A DNA stretch of 64,000 nucleotides from positions 1 through 64,000 of IMG/VR virus record IMGVR_UViG_3300042691_035156. One strand, 5' to 3'. Within the stretch, counting starts at the first letter, position 1. The number at the start of each line of letters is the position of its first letter. The position numbers were made by a program, and so were the translations under genes. Of the stretch, positions 27,283 to 37,461 are shown piece by piece. The DNA is from a virus. The notes under the pieces are model-generated. The model was not told where the DNA came from, searched no databases, and was given only the letters and a program-made list of their open reading frames with translations.

Positions 27283-30200
27283 TATATTTCCTTTGTTTCC
27301 TTTATTAATTTTTCCAAAGAATCTTTGACCACCACTGAGGTAGTTGTATTAAACTTAAATCTAACTTTTTGTCTTTCTTCGTCTATCTCAAGAAAAACAT
27401 AAGATCCACCTTTGTGAGATTTAATTATATCATTTATTTTTTTGATAGTCTCTTCAGATATGTTATTTTTTGCTTTTAAGTAAATTGGTCTGCCACCAGA
27501 AAAATGAGATAGATCAACCTTTTCACAAGAGTTTAAAACAATTTTGTTGGTTGATCTTTCTTCATCACCCTCTTTATTTAGGGTGCCAGTTATCTTTATT
27601 ACCTCTCCGTCAGAGAAGAAATCGTCGCCATAAGACTTTGCCTCTCTGGGAAATACTATGATTTCAACTTCTGATGAAATATCTTGAAGAGTGAACTTAT
27701 ACATTCTTGCACCCTTCTTGGTTAAAATCTTTTTTGAGTTTGATATGATTCCAGCCAAAGATACCCTAGAAGACATATTAACATCTTCAAGTTCAATTAT
27801 TTCGTGAGATATATTTTCTGAAAGAAGATCCCAAATTCCATCTACAGGATTTTTTGAAACGTAAATTCCGAGCTCTTCTTTTTCTCTCTCAAGAAGAGAC
27901 AGCTCTGTTCTTCTACCAAAGTCCTGGTCTATCGCATACTCAATAAGCTCATCAAAAGCACCGCTTGCCGCAAGGTGCTCAAGTGTTGACTTCTTTAGTA
28001 CCGCTATGTTTGTTCTTCTAAGGAAGTCGTGCATTGACGTATAGGGTCTATCTTCTTTTCTATTCGATAGTATTGCATCAGAAACTGCGTAGCCTATTCC
28101 ATTAATCGCAGCTAGGCCAAAGATTATGTTTCTATCATCAATGACGCCAAAGTCTTCAATTGATCTGTTAATTGAAGGTGGGGCTACCTTTATGTTCATC
28201 TTTCTGCAGTCTGAAAGATAAAGGGACAGCTTATCTTTGTTCCCAGCTACCGATGTTAAAAGAGCTGCCATATACTCCGCAGTATAGTTTACTTTTAGAT
28301 AAGCAGTGATGTAGGAAATCATTGCGTAGCTTGCGGCGTGGGCTCTGTTGAATCCGTAACCACCAAAGTACTCAATGTCAGAATATATTTTATTGGCTCT
28401 ATCCTCATCTAGGTTAGAGTATTGCATGCAGCCCTGAACAAACTTGTTTCTAAACAAAGCGATCTTGTCCATTAGCTTCTTGCCAATTACTTTTCTGAGA
28501 TCATCTGCTTCAGCTGAAGTAAATCCAGCCAGCTCTCTTGCTACACCAAGAACATCTTCTTGGTACAACATGATTCCAAGAGAAGGGCCTAGAACTTTCT
28601 CTAGGTTGGGGTGGTCATATGAGATTTTTGATCTGCCATGCTTTCTGTCTATATAAAGCTTATCCATGCCAGAGCCCATTGGCCCTGGTCTGTAAAGAGA
28701 GATAAGTGCCATGATGTCCTGAATGTTCTGAGGCTGTAGTTGAACCATGAGCTCTCTCATTCCAGAAGACTCAAGCTGGAACACGCCTATTGCGTTACCC
28801 TTGCAAAGTTCGTTATATGTAGTCTGATCATCTAGGGGAATTTCGTCAACAACAATATTAATACCCCTATGCTTTTTTACGAGCTTTACACACTGATCTA
28901 TAACACCTAGGTTGCGAAGACCAAGAAAGTCAATCTTCAAAAGACCGCATTGCTCTACACGACCCATATCCCATTGAGTGATAATGGGGTTATCTGCGCC
29001 CTTCTGCATGATGGGTAGATATTCGGTTAGCGGGTCTCTTGAGATAACGACACCAGCTGCGTGCATACCTGTCTGCCTAACTAGGCCTTCAAGACCAAAA
29101 GCTGTATCAACAATTTTCTTGCTATCAGCGTCTGATTTATAAAGAGAAGTAAACTCATCTACTTCCATACACTCGGATAGAGTTTTTGAGACTCCCAATA
29201 CAGGAGGCGGCACTAGCTTTGATACCTTATCTCCGGTAGCAAAGTCGTATCCAAGTGCTCTTGCAGCGTCTCTAATTGATTGTCTTGCACCAGTTTTGTT
29301 GAAGGTACAGATGTGCGCAACTCTGTCAGAGCCATACTTTTCTCTTGCGTAGTTAATGACTTTATCTCTGTGTCTATCGTCAAAGTCAAGGTCGATATCA
29401 GGCATTGATTTACGGCCCTCAACCAAGAATCTCTCAAACATTAAGCCGAACTTAAGTGGATCGAGATTGGTTATATTAAAAGCGTAAGAAAGAATACTTC
29501 CTGCAGCTGAGCCTCTTCCCCAGCCAACTCTAATGCCACTGTCCTTGGCCCATCTAACAAGGTCAGAAACGACCAAGAAGTATTCAGGAAAGCCCATGTC
29601 CTTTACTACTTTAATTTCATAGTTGGCTCTATCAACTATTTCTTGAGGAAGATCTTCTCCATATCTTGCTCTTAGACCTTCCCAGGCGAGTCTTTCGAAA
29701 TACTCAATTGAACCTTCATTGGTTGGAATAGGAAAGTTTGGAAAGTATATTTGGCCAAAGTTTAAATCAACATCAATCATGTCGTTGACATGCATAGTAT
29801 TCTTTAGTAGCTCGTCAGAAAATCTTCTAGACATGTCATCATATGATTGTAAATAAAATTCATCTCCCGAAAAAGAAAATCTATCAGGAGTATTTATGTT
29901 AGAGTTAGTTGCAACGCAAAGCATTATGTCGTGAGCCTGAGCGTCGTGCCTATGAACATAATGACAGTCGCCCGTTGGGATTACTTTTGCTCCAATTTTT
30001 TGAGCTATGTCCAATAGTTGATTAAAGATTTTTCTCTGCTCTGACAGACCATGATCTTGCATCTCTATAAAATAGTTTTCCTTACCAACAATGTCTTGCA
30101 TTTTCTTTGCAGACATTAGGGCAAATTCATAATCTCCTCTTAGTAAAGCTTGTGACACTTCCCCGTTTAAGCATCCTGATAAAACTATGATGCCCTCACT

Positions 30201-30614
30201 GTGCTCTGTTATGAGGTCGTGATCTATTCTTGGCTTACCATAATAACCTTGAAGAAAGGACTTAGATGACATCTTAATAATATTATGGTAACCAATATTA
30301 TTCTTTGCCAGTATCGTAATGTGATAGGGGCCTCTTTGTTCCCATTCATTTTTTGAAGGGCCAGATCTTTCTTCTTCGTCTCTATCAAATCTAGTTTTTC
30401 TAGCCTGATAAAACTCAGAACCAAGTATAGGTTTTACGCCAGCAGCTTTTCCTGCGTCATAAAAATCAAGCCAAGAGTGAATATTACCGTGGTCTGTTGT
30501 GGCAAGACCAGTCATACCCAGCGACTTAGCTCTCTCAAGATACTTAGCTACATCACCATGCCCGTCAAGCATTGAGAAGACGGTATGGTTATGTAAGTTG
30601 GTCCAGTTTTTCAA
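27282..30614 (-). CDS. dnaE: DNA polymerase III alpha subunit
   Basis: PHP domain (HNHT, TDHG), GRGSAAGS, PDIDLDF, FNRAHA, C-terminal OB fold. Confidence 0.97.
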   Translation of the reverse strand: MKNWTNLHNHTVFSMLDGHGDVAKYLERAKSLGMTGLATTDHGNIHSWLDFYDAGKAAGVKPILGSEFYQARKTRFDRDEEERSGPSKNEWEQRGPYHITILAKNNIGYHNIIKMSSKSFLQGYYGKPRIDHDLITEHSEGIIVLSGCLNGEVSQALLRGDYEFALMSAKKMQDIVGKENYFIEMQDHGLSEQRKIFNQLLDIAQKIGAKVIPTGDCHYVHRHDAQAHDIMLCVATNSNINTPDRFSFSGDEFYLQSYDDMSRRFSDELLKNTMHVNDMIDVDLNFGQIYFPNFPIPTNEGSIEYFERLAWEGLRARYGEDLPQEIVDRANYEIKVVKDMGFPEYFLVVSDLVRWAKDSGIRVGWGRGSAAGSILSYAFNITNLDPLKFGLMFERFLVEGRKSMPDIDLDFDDRHRDKVINYAREKYGSDRVAHICTFNKTGARQSIRDAARALGYDFATGDKVSKLVPPPVLGVSKTLSECMEVDEFTSLYKSDADSKKIVDTAFGLEGLVRQTGMHAAGVVISRDPLTEYLPIMQKGADNPIITQWDMGRVEQCGLLKIDFLGLRNLGVIDQCVKLVKKHRGINIVVDEIPLDDQTTYNELCKGNAIGVFQLESSGMRELMVQLQPQNIQDIMALISLYRPGPMGSGMDKLYIDRKHGRSKISYDHPNLEKVLGPSLGIMLYQEDVLGVARELAGFTSAEADDLRKVIGKKLMDKIALFRNKFVQGCMQYSNLDEDRANKIYSDIEYFGGYGFNRAHAASYAMISYITAYLKVNYTAEYMAALLTSVAGNKDKLSLYLSDCRKMNIKVAPPSINRSIEDFGVIDDRNIIFGLAAINGIGYAVSDAILSNRKEDRPYTSMHDFLRRTNIAVLKKSTLEHLAASGAFDELIEYAIDQDFGRRTELSLLEREKEELGIYVSKNPVDGIWDLLSENISHEIIELEDVNMSSRVSLAGIISNSKKILTKKGARMYKFTLQDISSEVEIIVFPREAKSYGDDFFSDGEVIKITGTLNKEGDEERSTNKIVLNSCEKVDLSHFSGGRPIYLKAKNNISEETIKKINDIIKSHKGGSYVFLEIDEERQKVRFKFNTTTSVVVKDSLEKLIKETKEI

Positions 30615-30826
30615 CTAATTCCTCTGTTTCTATCTGAGCTATCTAATGACTCATCTCTTGTTTCTCTGTATGTAATAACGACAACTCCGCCGCAATACTT
30701 GCATGGAATTGCCAAGCCCTCTTGGGCGAATCTACTATTGTACATATATGTCATTGGCTGATCTGATTTACATTCAGAGCACACACCAATTACATCATCT
30801 GGATCTTTTATTGCCATTTTATTCAT
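30611..30826 (-). CDS. small Zn-ribbon protein
   Basis: CSEC...CKYCGG. Confidence 0.65.
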   Translation of the reverse strand: MNKMAIKDPDDVIGVCSECKSDQPMTYMYNSRFAQEGLAIPCKYCGGVVVITYRETRDESLDSSDRNRGIS

Positions 30827-32027
30827 TCTCCTTTTTTACTGATCTGTATGCAAATCTAACTGGTGATGGCGAATTTTTCTCTTGAGTTTCAACATACCTA
30901 TCACCTATTCTTACCCACTTGTTCTTATGCTCTAGTGAACAATCTCCGCAACCAACTCCAGCTGAATTTGCTCTTTCGCAAGTGTAGGGTCTTCCACCAA
31001 TTCCCATCTGTCTTCTTTTTATCCAGTCATTGATGTGGGCAGAAGACTTTTCGAAATTATAGTCGTGACACTGACTTAATATTTCATGAAGGAATTTAAT
31101 AGAATCTTCTGTATAAGTAAGTATTGAACATAAAAACAGCCTAGCTTCGTGTTCAAGATAACCCGTTTCTTTTGCTTGCCTATACAATCTTGGTATCGCT
31201 GAGCACTTTGTCATTAGCGTCTTAGGGTCAAAAACCTTTTCTGTCTTATTTAGATCCTTAAAGGCCTTTGAACCATACTTATTAAAATACTCAAGAGGAT
31301 CATCTTTTCTCTTGGACTCTTCCTCTAGCTTATAGGAACACTCTCTGTACCACTCGTTTGCTTTATAGTTAAAAGACTGAGCGGGCACCTCAACTGGTCG
31401 CAACTGCTTGGCATAATCTACGATATGCTCTGATGACCAGTTAACAAAATCGTCTGATCCATTTGGATTAAGTTGAGTCTTATAAAGATTGGTCTCTTGG
31501 TGCTTTGAGCCAGGAAGTCTCCACATTCTTCTCAGGTCATATACACTAAAATCAAGGTTTACTAAACCTAATGATTCCTTTATGCTTGCTGCAATAAATC
31601 TAAATACTTTTGGAAGAGAATTGCTAGGATTTATTCCTAAGGTAACAGGTTCGCATTCAATATGAAAACCTTTTTTACCAGTAAAATAAACTACGATAGA
31701 TTCTTTGGGCATAAGCGCACAAAGGTATTTATACAGCGCTATGCACTCCCTAAGAGCTGAGTTTAGATCATCTGAATCTATATCAAAGTATAGTGGTCCA
31801 AATCGGGTTGCTTTTGTTATGTCTTCAGTGTCGTAAGCGAAGACGGAGGTGTATATCCCAACGTTATTGTTTTTGCTGGCATATGAAGGTATATCATCCT
31901 GATTAACAAACAGAGGGTTTTCACCATCTTTGTCTCTAATTACTCGTGACAAAGCGGGAACGTATCTTGCTACCTCATATTTATTCCACTTGGAAAGAAA
32001 ACTATTTTCTTCTGGATTTATCTTCAT
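30819..32027 (-). CDS. archaeo-eukaryotic primase with C-terminal PriL-like Cys domain
   Basis: YFDID, FTGKKGFH, RMWRLPGS; C-terminal C...HEARL...PYTC...CGDC. Confidence 0.85.
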   Translation of the reverse strand: MKINPEENSFLSKWNKYEVARYVPALSRVIRDKDGENPLFVNQDDIPSYASKNNNVGIYTSVFAYDTEDITKATRFGPLYFDIDSDDLNSALRECIALYKYLCALMPKESIVVYFTGKKGFHIECEPVTLGINPSNSLPKVFRFIAASIKESLGLVNLDFSVYDLRRMWRLPGSKHQETNLYKTQLNPNGSDDFVNWSSEHIVDYAKQLRPVEVPAQSFNYKANEWYRECSYKLEEESKRKDDPLEYFNKYGSKAFKDLNKTEKVFDPKTLMTKCSAIPRLYRQAKETGYLEHEARLFLCSILTYTEDSIKFLHEILSQCHDYNFEKSSAHINDWIKRRQMGIGGRPYTCERANSAGVGCGDCSLEHKNKWVRIGDRYVETQEKNSPSPVRFAYRSVKKENE

Positions 32028-32206
32028 AGAAGATGTATTTTACCATTTTCATCACCGAATTTCCATACAACAAGCTTAGAGTCTTCTTTCATATCCTCTG
32101 AGTTGCTTCTGTAGTAAACAGATTCGGTTATGTAGTATTCCAACTTTTTTAAGACAGTAAATCTTTTTAATAGTCTGTCTTCAACCTCGTTGCTTATAGC
32201 TTCCAT
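32024..32206 (-). CDS. hypothetical protein
   Basis: ORF overlapping both neighbours. Confidence 0.55.
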   Translation of the reverse strand: MEAISNEVEDRLLKRFTVLKKLEYYITESVYYRSNSEDMKEDSKLVVWKFGDENGKIHLL

Positions 32207-32871
32207 CTATCTTCCACTACCTTTTCTCCATCAACAACATAGTGCACCTTCGACGCAAGATTGTCTGCAAGGTGAACAATCATGTCAAGGTAAGTTATTG
32301 GAGTGGTTTCTGGCACTGGAGACCAGGGACCAAGATGACAACGAACAAGTCTTAATATTGACTGAACAGTTTCCTCAGAAAGAAACAACGTTGAGGACTG
32401 CCCTTCACTTGCATACTGTCTATCCTCTTTTTGACAGTCTTTTACAAAAGCACCGACCGTATAGGGGTGGAGAGGGTCATAGTGCATGGGGCCTTCTTCT
32501 GAGGTGATTACACCCTTGGTAATATCATGGAGAAGACAGGCAGCATAAACGATGTCCCTATCTTCATCGCTTAAGGAGTAAGAATCCGCAAGAACGCTTG
32601 CAGCCCTAACAACTCTTCTTGTGTGCAGTACGTTACCACCGGGGCCATGCTCATCAGAGGGATGGTACTTTCCAGAAAAGCTTGAAGGTATGATCCAAAA
32701 TAGGTCGCACTTTAATAAAATTGACCTAACAAAAGACTTAATGTTGTGATCTTTGATCATATTGATTTCATCAAGCAGGGGCTCAAGTTCTATGTCCTCT
32801 TCTTTGATGTTTGATACATCCTTCTTGTTTGATTCAGAAAGAATTTCGTCTAGTATACTTTTGTTTTTCAT
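32194..32871 (-). CDS. HD-domain phosphohydrolase
   Basis: KYHP...GGNVLHT, LLHD, HLAD. Confidence 0.88.
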   Translation of the reverse strand: MKNKSILDEILSESNKKDVSNIKEEDIELEPLLDEINMIKDHNIKSFVRSILLKCDLFWIIPSSFSGKYHPSDEHGPGGNVLHTRRVVRAASVLADSYSLSDEDRDIVYAACLLHDITKGVITSEEGPMHYDPLHPYTVGAFVKDCQKEDRQYASEGQSSTLFLSEETVQSILRLVRCHLGPWSPVPETTPITYLDMIVHLADNLASKVHYVVDGEKVVEDRWKL

Positions 32872-33665
32872 TTTGCTTTCTTTTCCTTTTTTGACCACTT
32901 ATCCCATTTAGCGCATGGCTTATCAAAGGGACACGACTTGCAATACGTTGTAAGCCCTCTTCTTGAGGGAAATACCGATTCAGACGCTATAGATGAGCAC
33001 CAATACGAAAGGGCATCTAAGTCTTCCTGAGATACATTATACTCAATAAATCCTGGCTTTGCACTTATTAGGTCGTAGTATCCGAACTTAGCGTCTTTAA
33101 TCTTTTGTCCATATTTAAAAAAGAAAGCTCTGTGCATGCTGGCCATTTCTGCTACGTGCATGAATTCATTTTTTAAATTGTGATTAAAAGCCCATTTAAT
33201 GACAAAAGTTTTACTACCAGAAGAATATATTAAATCAAATTTGTCTTCAACATAAACACCATTCCCCATTGGAAAAATATATTCACTGTCTATTCCTATG
33301 GGAATAACATCTAGATCTGAAAACTTTTCCACTAAATCCAGTAGTGCTGCTGCCGCCTTAGAGGTAAGGCTTGCAGTGTTTCCATAAAGGCTTTCGTGCT
33401 GCTCATGTATTATGTCATAAGCTGTTGTATTTTTAGGAAACCAAAGTTTTTCCCACCTATTCAGAAGAGAAGAATAAGATGGCGTTATACCACCTTGTTT
33501 TTTGTAAAAGAAAAAATGAACGACACTCTTTAGTGTATTTTCAAATCTTTGAGAGATAACAGATCTGCCGGGAATTGTTTCGGGTAGATTTTGAACATGC
33601 CTAAAATCGTACAGTCTTTCGCATATCTGGAAATCTTTAATTTGTGTAGGAGTTAATTTAATCAT
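32868..33665 (-). CDS. PD-(D/E)XK nuclease-like protein, probably degenerate
   Basis: DFQICER...CKSCPFDKPC frame; catalytic DYK replaced by IKW. Confidence 0.65.
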   Translation of the reverse strand: MIKLTPTQIKDFQICERLYDFRHVQNLPETIPGRSVISQRFENTLKSVVHFFFYKKQGGITPSYSSLLNRWEKLWFPKNTTAYDIIHEQHESLYGNTASLTSKAAAALLDLVEKFSDLDVIPIGIDSEYIFPMGNGVYVEDKFDLIYSSGSKTFVIKWAFNHNLKNEFMHVAEMASMHRAFFFKYGQKIKDAKFGYYDLISAKPGFIEYNVSQEDLDALSYWCSSIASESVFPSRRGLTTYCKSCPFDKPCAKWDKWSKKEKKAK

Positions 33666-33673
33666 TTATATCC

Positions 33674-35146
33674 TTAGGAAATCATCATTGAATCTGCTAT
33701 GTCGTCAATGTTATCTAAATCATCATCTTGAATATAGGACTCGGTTGTTATTGGTTCATACTCTTCATAAGTTTTTTTACTATCAACATAACGAACGAGT
33801 GGAGAATCATAAACGAATGTTGATCCAGTAATTCTATTCTTGGGTATTTGAAGCTGCATTATGTGCTCATCTTCTGAGTCATCGCCGCTCATAAGCTTCT
33901 TGTCTGTAATGAAGATAGTAACAGCACACTTCTGCTGAATGGCAAGAGATCCACCAGTGTCAGACTGTTGAACAACTTCTCTTTTTTCTTTCATTCTATT
34001 TGAGTTCTCTTGGGCGGTGATTATGAGAACGCAATTCATGTCTCTAGCTAGCTTTTCTAGCCTAACCATCATTTCTTCAAATTCACCCCATCGTGGCTTG
34101 CCTTTTCCGCTACCTCTTGTGAACATTGACTGTATGGTATCAATGACAATAACGTCAGGCATTCTTTCGTTGTGGCCCATGATGTCTCTGAGCCATCTTT
34201 CTAGATCTTCAAAATAAGGAGTGTCTGGATCATGCCTAACCATGAACCTATCTCCCCATTCGTCTAGTTTTGCCCTAAAAATTGACACATACTTATGCTT
34301 TTCTTCTGGAGACCAGCCTCTTGCCTCAGAGTAAACGTTCTTACCGATTATCTGAGTCATTAACACTCTTTCCCAGTGCGCTATTGCTTCCTCAAAATTC
34401 ACATACAAGATTCTATGCCCTTGGTCTGCCCAGTGATTTACAAGACACTTGGCAAAGGTGCTCTTGCCTTTTCCTGAAGGAGCAATTATTGCGTGGACTG
34501 CTCCCTTAAAAAATCCACCATCATCTGTGTATCCCATTGCTCTATTAAGGGACTTGTACTGAGTTGATAGAAAGTCAGGAATTTCCAAAAGGCTATCTGC
34601 TCTATTGGAAATGTCAACCGCAGTTGTTACATCGTCAAGTGGATTATAATTAAGATCGTTTTCTAGATCTTTAATTGTTGATGTAATCTCAGATATTCTA
34701 AAAATTTCTTTTTCTGTCTTTTCACCCTTTTGAGTGAGCAGGATCTGCAGCTCCTGAAGATAGTCAAGCTGCTTTCTTTTGTTGGCACGGTGCTTGATGA
34801 CCTTAGATATTGACTCGGGAGTAGACATATCCATTGCAAGGAGAATGTCCATAATGGTATCAACACCAGAAAGACCGCCAAGAGCAGAGTATATATCTGT
34901 TTCAGACTCAAGCCAGACCTTAAAAGCAACAGGATCAACTACTTCTAACTTTGTTGCGTGATGGTACGCAAGAAGAGCTCTATAGAATTCATTTATACCA
35001 GTCTGGCCATGGATTGAGCCGACTATATCCTCTGGGAGAGTGGCATCAAAATACTCAATTGCTCCAGGCTGTCTTAATGAAAGAGCAAATATTTGGTACT
35101 CAACAGGATATTCTTTCTCTGTTTTCTCAACCTCATCTACCTGCAT
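33674..35146 (-). CDS. DnaB-like SF4 replicative helicase
   Basis: APSGKGKST, VNFEE, VIVIDTIQ, ITAQENS, PKNR. Confidence 0.9.
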   Translation of the reverse strand: MQVDEVEKTEKEYPVEYQIFALSLRQPGAIEYFDATLPEDIVGSIHGQTGINEFYRALLAYHHATKLEVVDPVAFKVWLESETDIYSALGGLSGVDTIMDILLAMDMSTPESISKVIKHRANKRKQLDYLQELQILLTQKGEKTEKEIFRISEITSTIKDLENDLNYNPLDDVTTAVDISNRADSLLEIPDFLSTQYKSLNRAMGYTDDGGFFKGAVHAIIAPSGKGKSTFAKCLVNHWADQGHRILYVNFEEAIAHWERVLMTQIIGKNVYSEARGWSPEEKHKYVSIFRAKLDEWGDRFMVRHDPDTPYFEDLERWLRDIMGHNERMPDVIVIDTIQSMFTRGSGKGKPRWGEFEEMMVRLEKLARDMNCVLIITAQENSNRMKEKREVVQQSDTGGSLAIQQKCAVTIFITDKKLMSGDDSEDEHIMQLQIPKNRITGSTFVYDSPLVRYVDSKKTYEEYEPITTESYIQDDDLDNIDDIADSMMIS

Positions 35147-35780
35147 TCTTCTTCTTTTCTTTCATCTTTTTGTACAGTTCTTTTTTTCTCTGAGAATTTC
35201 TCTTCTTAGCCTCAAGGTAGGCCTTGTTGTCTTTGGCTGATCTTTTTTCTTTTTTGGGGACTTTAGCCTCAGAGGTTCTTATTGCATCAAGTATTCTATC
35301 ATAAACGGATTGCTCCGTCAGCATGTCGTTGTATCTAAATACCACAAGAGTGATGCCGAGCTCTTTGCACATTTGGATCTTTTTTTCGTCTCTCTTTTGC
35401 GCTTCTTTGAATTCGTATGGTGAATCAAAAAACCTTTGAGTGTAAAAAAAGTGCTGTCTACCATGATACTCTGCGGCTAAATTATAGCTTGGGCAGTACA
35501 CATCAAGTTTTAGTCTATCACCTATGTGGTGTTCGTTGATTATCTTTTCTCCTGGAAGGAGTTTTTTCATTATGTTTGTAAGAGCAGCTTGTCCCCTAGA
35601 CATTTTTTTGTGTCTATCTTTTGCCCAAGATAGACCAAGTCTGTTAATTATTTTATTGAGTTCATTAACAGATATTGATAGCTCTTTTGCTATATCGCTA
35701 AGAGACAAGCTGCTCTCTAGAAGCAAGTCGGTAAGAAACTCATCATCATCTTGATGCTCTTCTTTTCTTCTTGCTGACAT
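35133..35780 (-). CDS. HTH plus Vsr/DUF559-like endonuclease
   Basis: N-terminal HTH; LDVY...AEYHGRQH...RDEKK. Confidence 0.75.
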   Translation of the reverse strand: MSARRKEEHQDDDEFLTDLLLESSLSLSDIAKELSISVNELNKIINRLGLSWAKDRHKKMSRGQAALTNIMKKLLPGEKIINEHHIGDRLKLDVYCPSYNLAAEYHGRQHFFYTQRFFDSPYEFKEAQKRDEKKIQMCKELGITLVVFRYNDMLTEQSVYDRILDAIRTSEAKVPKKEKRSAKDNKAYLEAKKRNSQRKKELYKKMKEKKKNAGR

Positions 35781-35781
35781 C

Positions 35782-36420
35782 TCATACCCTAGCTTTTGCC
35801 ACCGCTCTTGCTACGGTTAAAGATTTGCCTAAATCAAGAATAGACATCTGAGTCTTTTCCCAAATTCTAGGAGCAATTGCGGAACTAAACATTGGACAGT
35901 CTAGAACACACAAGTCATAATCTCCATTTAACGAAGCTACCTGATCAACTATCGAATCAATCTTATCATAGTAGTCATTGTAGGGTATGTGGATAAAGTG
36001 CGAATCCTTAGTAAAGTATTTTGATATTAAGGATTTGTACTGAAAAGAAACAACTACAGCCTTTGAGTTCTTGACGTAGTAAGTCATGAAGGTATCAAAG
36101 ATATCGTGATTGTTATTGATGTAGTACTCCAAGAATCCTGAGCTATAGAAATTCTCGTTGTTAAGACCAGCTTTTGCGATCTTTTCGTGAATATCCTCAA
36201 GCATGGAGGGCTGAGTTGCCTTAATGAAGTTTTTATCTTGATTAGTTAATCCAGAAAGAATTGACTTGGAAAAATACTTAGGTGGCTTTTTATCTCCTCT
36301 AAGATCTCCAACGGCAGATAGAAGTGCAGACCTAGTGTAGGTTACGATTCCGTATCTTTTCTTAGATTCTAACAGCTCTGTTACTTTTTTGATTGTTTCT
36401 TTTTCGTTTATGGTTATCAC
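35782..36420 (-). CDS. hypothetical, possible GT-D-fold-like protein
   Basis: Located in the sugar locus; C-terminal ILDLGK. Confidence 0.45.
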   Translation of the reverse strand: MITINEKETIKKVTELLESKKRYGIVTYTRSALLSAVGDLRGDKKPPKYFSKSILSGLTNQDKNFIKATQPSMLEDIHEKIAKAGLNNENFYSSGFLEYYINNNHDIFDTFMTYYVKNSKAVVVSFQYKSLISKYFTKDSHFIHIPYNDYYDKIDSIVDQVASLNGDYDLCVLDCPMFSSAIAPRIWEKTQMSILDLGKSLTVARAVAKARV

Positions 36421-37106
36421 TTGTAGTCACCCCAATTTAGTAGGACTGGATTCTCGTCTATTATTGATTGAATATGGTTAATGTTATGAAACTCACCCTT
36501 GTCAAGATTCATGTATCTCTCATGTTTGGCCTTCTTGTCCTCGTCTTTTATGTAGCCCAGATGCTTCATAATAAGACCAGACTCAAGCCAATAGTTTCTG
36601 TACCTAATAAGATCTACCACATATGTGGGCTCGGACCCGCAGGCTAATCTTCTGTCGAAAAATGTGCCACCAAGTCTGTATCTAAATAGTCTAGAACTAT
36701 TTGTTGGTGCCCACAATTTATCAACCCTATATTGAACAGGGTTCCACATATGAAAAAATCTTATATTCACAACATCAAACGGAGACTGCTTTAATACTTC
36801 ACCAATCTCCAGATTTTGTTCGTGGTACAGCATTTCGTCACAGTCAATAGCGAGGATCCAGTCCCCCTCTTTTGCGTGCTTCTCAAGATTCTTCCAGGCC
36901 TGAGATCTTAGGTTTCCCTCATTCTCAGTAAATAGTGTTTTATCTGTCTTGTAAACTGTAGCATACTCTGCAGCTATATCTGCAGTATCATCGTCTGAAC
37001 AGTCATCGGTGAATATTATTTTATCTACTTGAGAAGATAATCTCTCAAGAACTGGTCTAAGATATCTGTTGGATTCATTTTTTCCAACCATTTGTGCTAT
37101 AAGCAT
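36417..37106 (-). CDS. glycosyltransferase family 2
   Basis: GKNE, DDCSDDDT, AIDCDE, HLGY. Confidence 0.85.
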   Translation of the reverse strand: MLIAQMVGKNESNRYLRPVLERLSSQVDKIIFTDDCSDDDTADIAAEYATVYKTDKTLFTENEGNLRSQAWKNLEKHAKEGDWILAIDCDEMLYHEQNLEIGEVLKQSPFDVVNIRFFHMWNPVQYRVDKLWAPTNSSRLFRYRLGGTFFDRRLACGSEPTYVVDLIRYRNYWLESGLIMKHLGYIKDEDKKAKHERYMNLDKGEFHNINHIQSIIDENPVLLNWGDYK

Positions 37107-37182
37107 AGGAACCTCTTTCATAAGAGAAAGAGGCAAGCCTGGCATTTAGCCAAAGGCTTGCCCCCCTCAACTTAAACTGCTA

Positions 37183-37374
37183 TCAGGCGCTTAGTTCTTC
37201 AAGCTGCTCGTAAGCCTCTGAAGAAGAAATACGGTCAACATCCACTGCACTGAACAGAACCTCGCCAGTTACGCCACGGCGACCCATGGCAAGCTTCTCT
37301 GCGTCAGTCTTATTGTTTGCCTTTACCAGAGTGGTAGTGGTAACAGTGAAGTACTTGAACTTATTATCTGACAT
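37183..37374 (-). CDS. hypothetical protein
   Basis: ORF with its own promoter and a downstream hairpin. Confidence 0.7.
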   Translation of the reverse strand: MSDNKFKYFTVTTTTLVKANNKTDAEKLAMGRRGVTGEVLFSAVDVDRISSSEAYEQLEELSA

Positions 37375-37424
37375 TATATTCCCTTTTTGTTTTAGCCCGG
37401 GCGGGCTTCTTATATTACTTGATT

Positions 37425-37453
37425 AGTATATACCGAAACATCTTAGATGTCAA
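37425..37453 (-). promoter_or_regulatory. consensus SigA promoter
   Basis: TTGACA-17 bp-TATACT on the - strand. Confidence 0.8.
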
Positions 37454-37461
37454 GGTGTATG

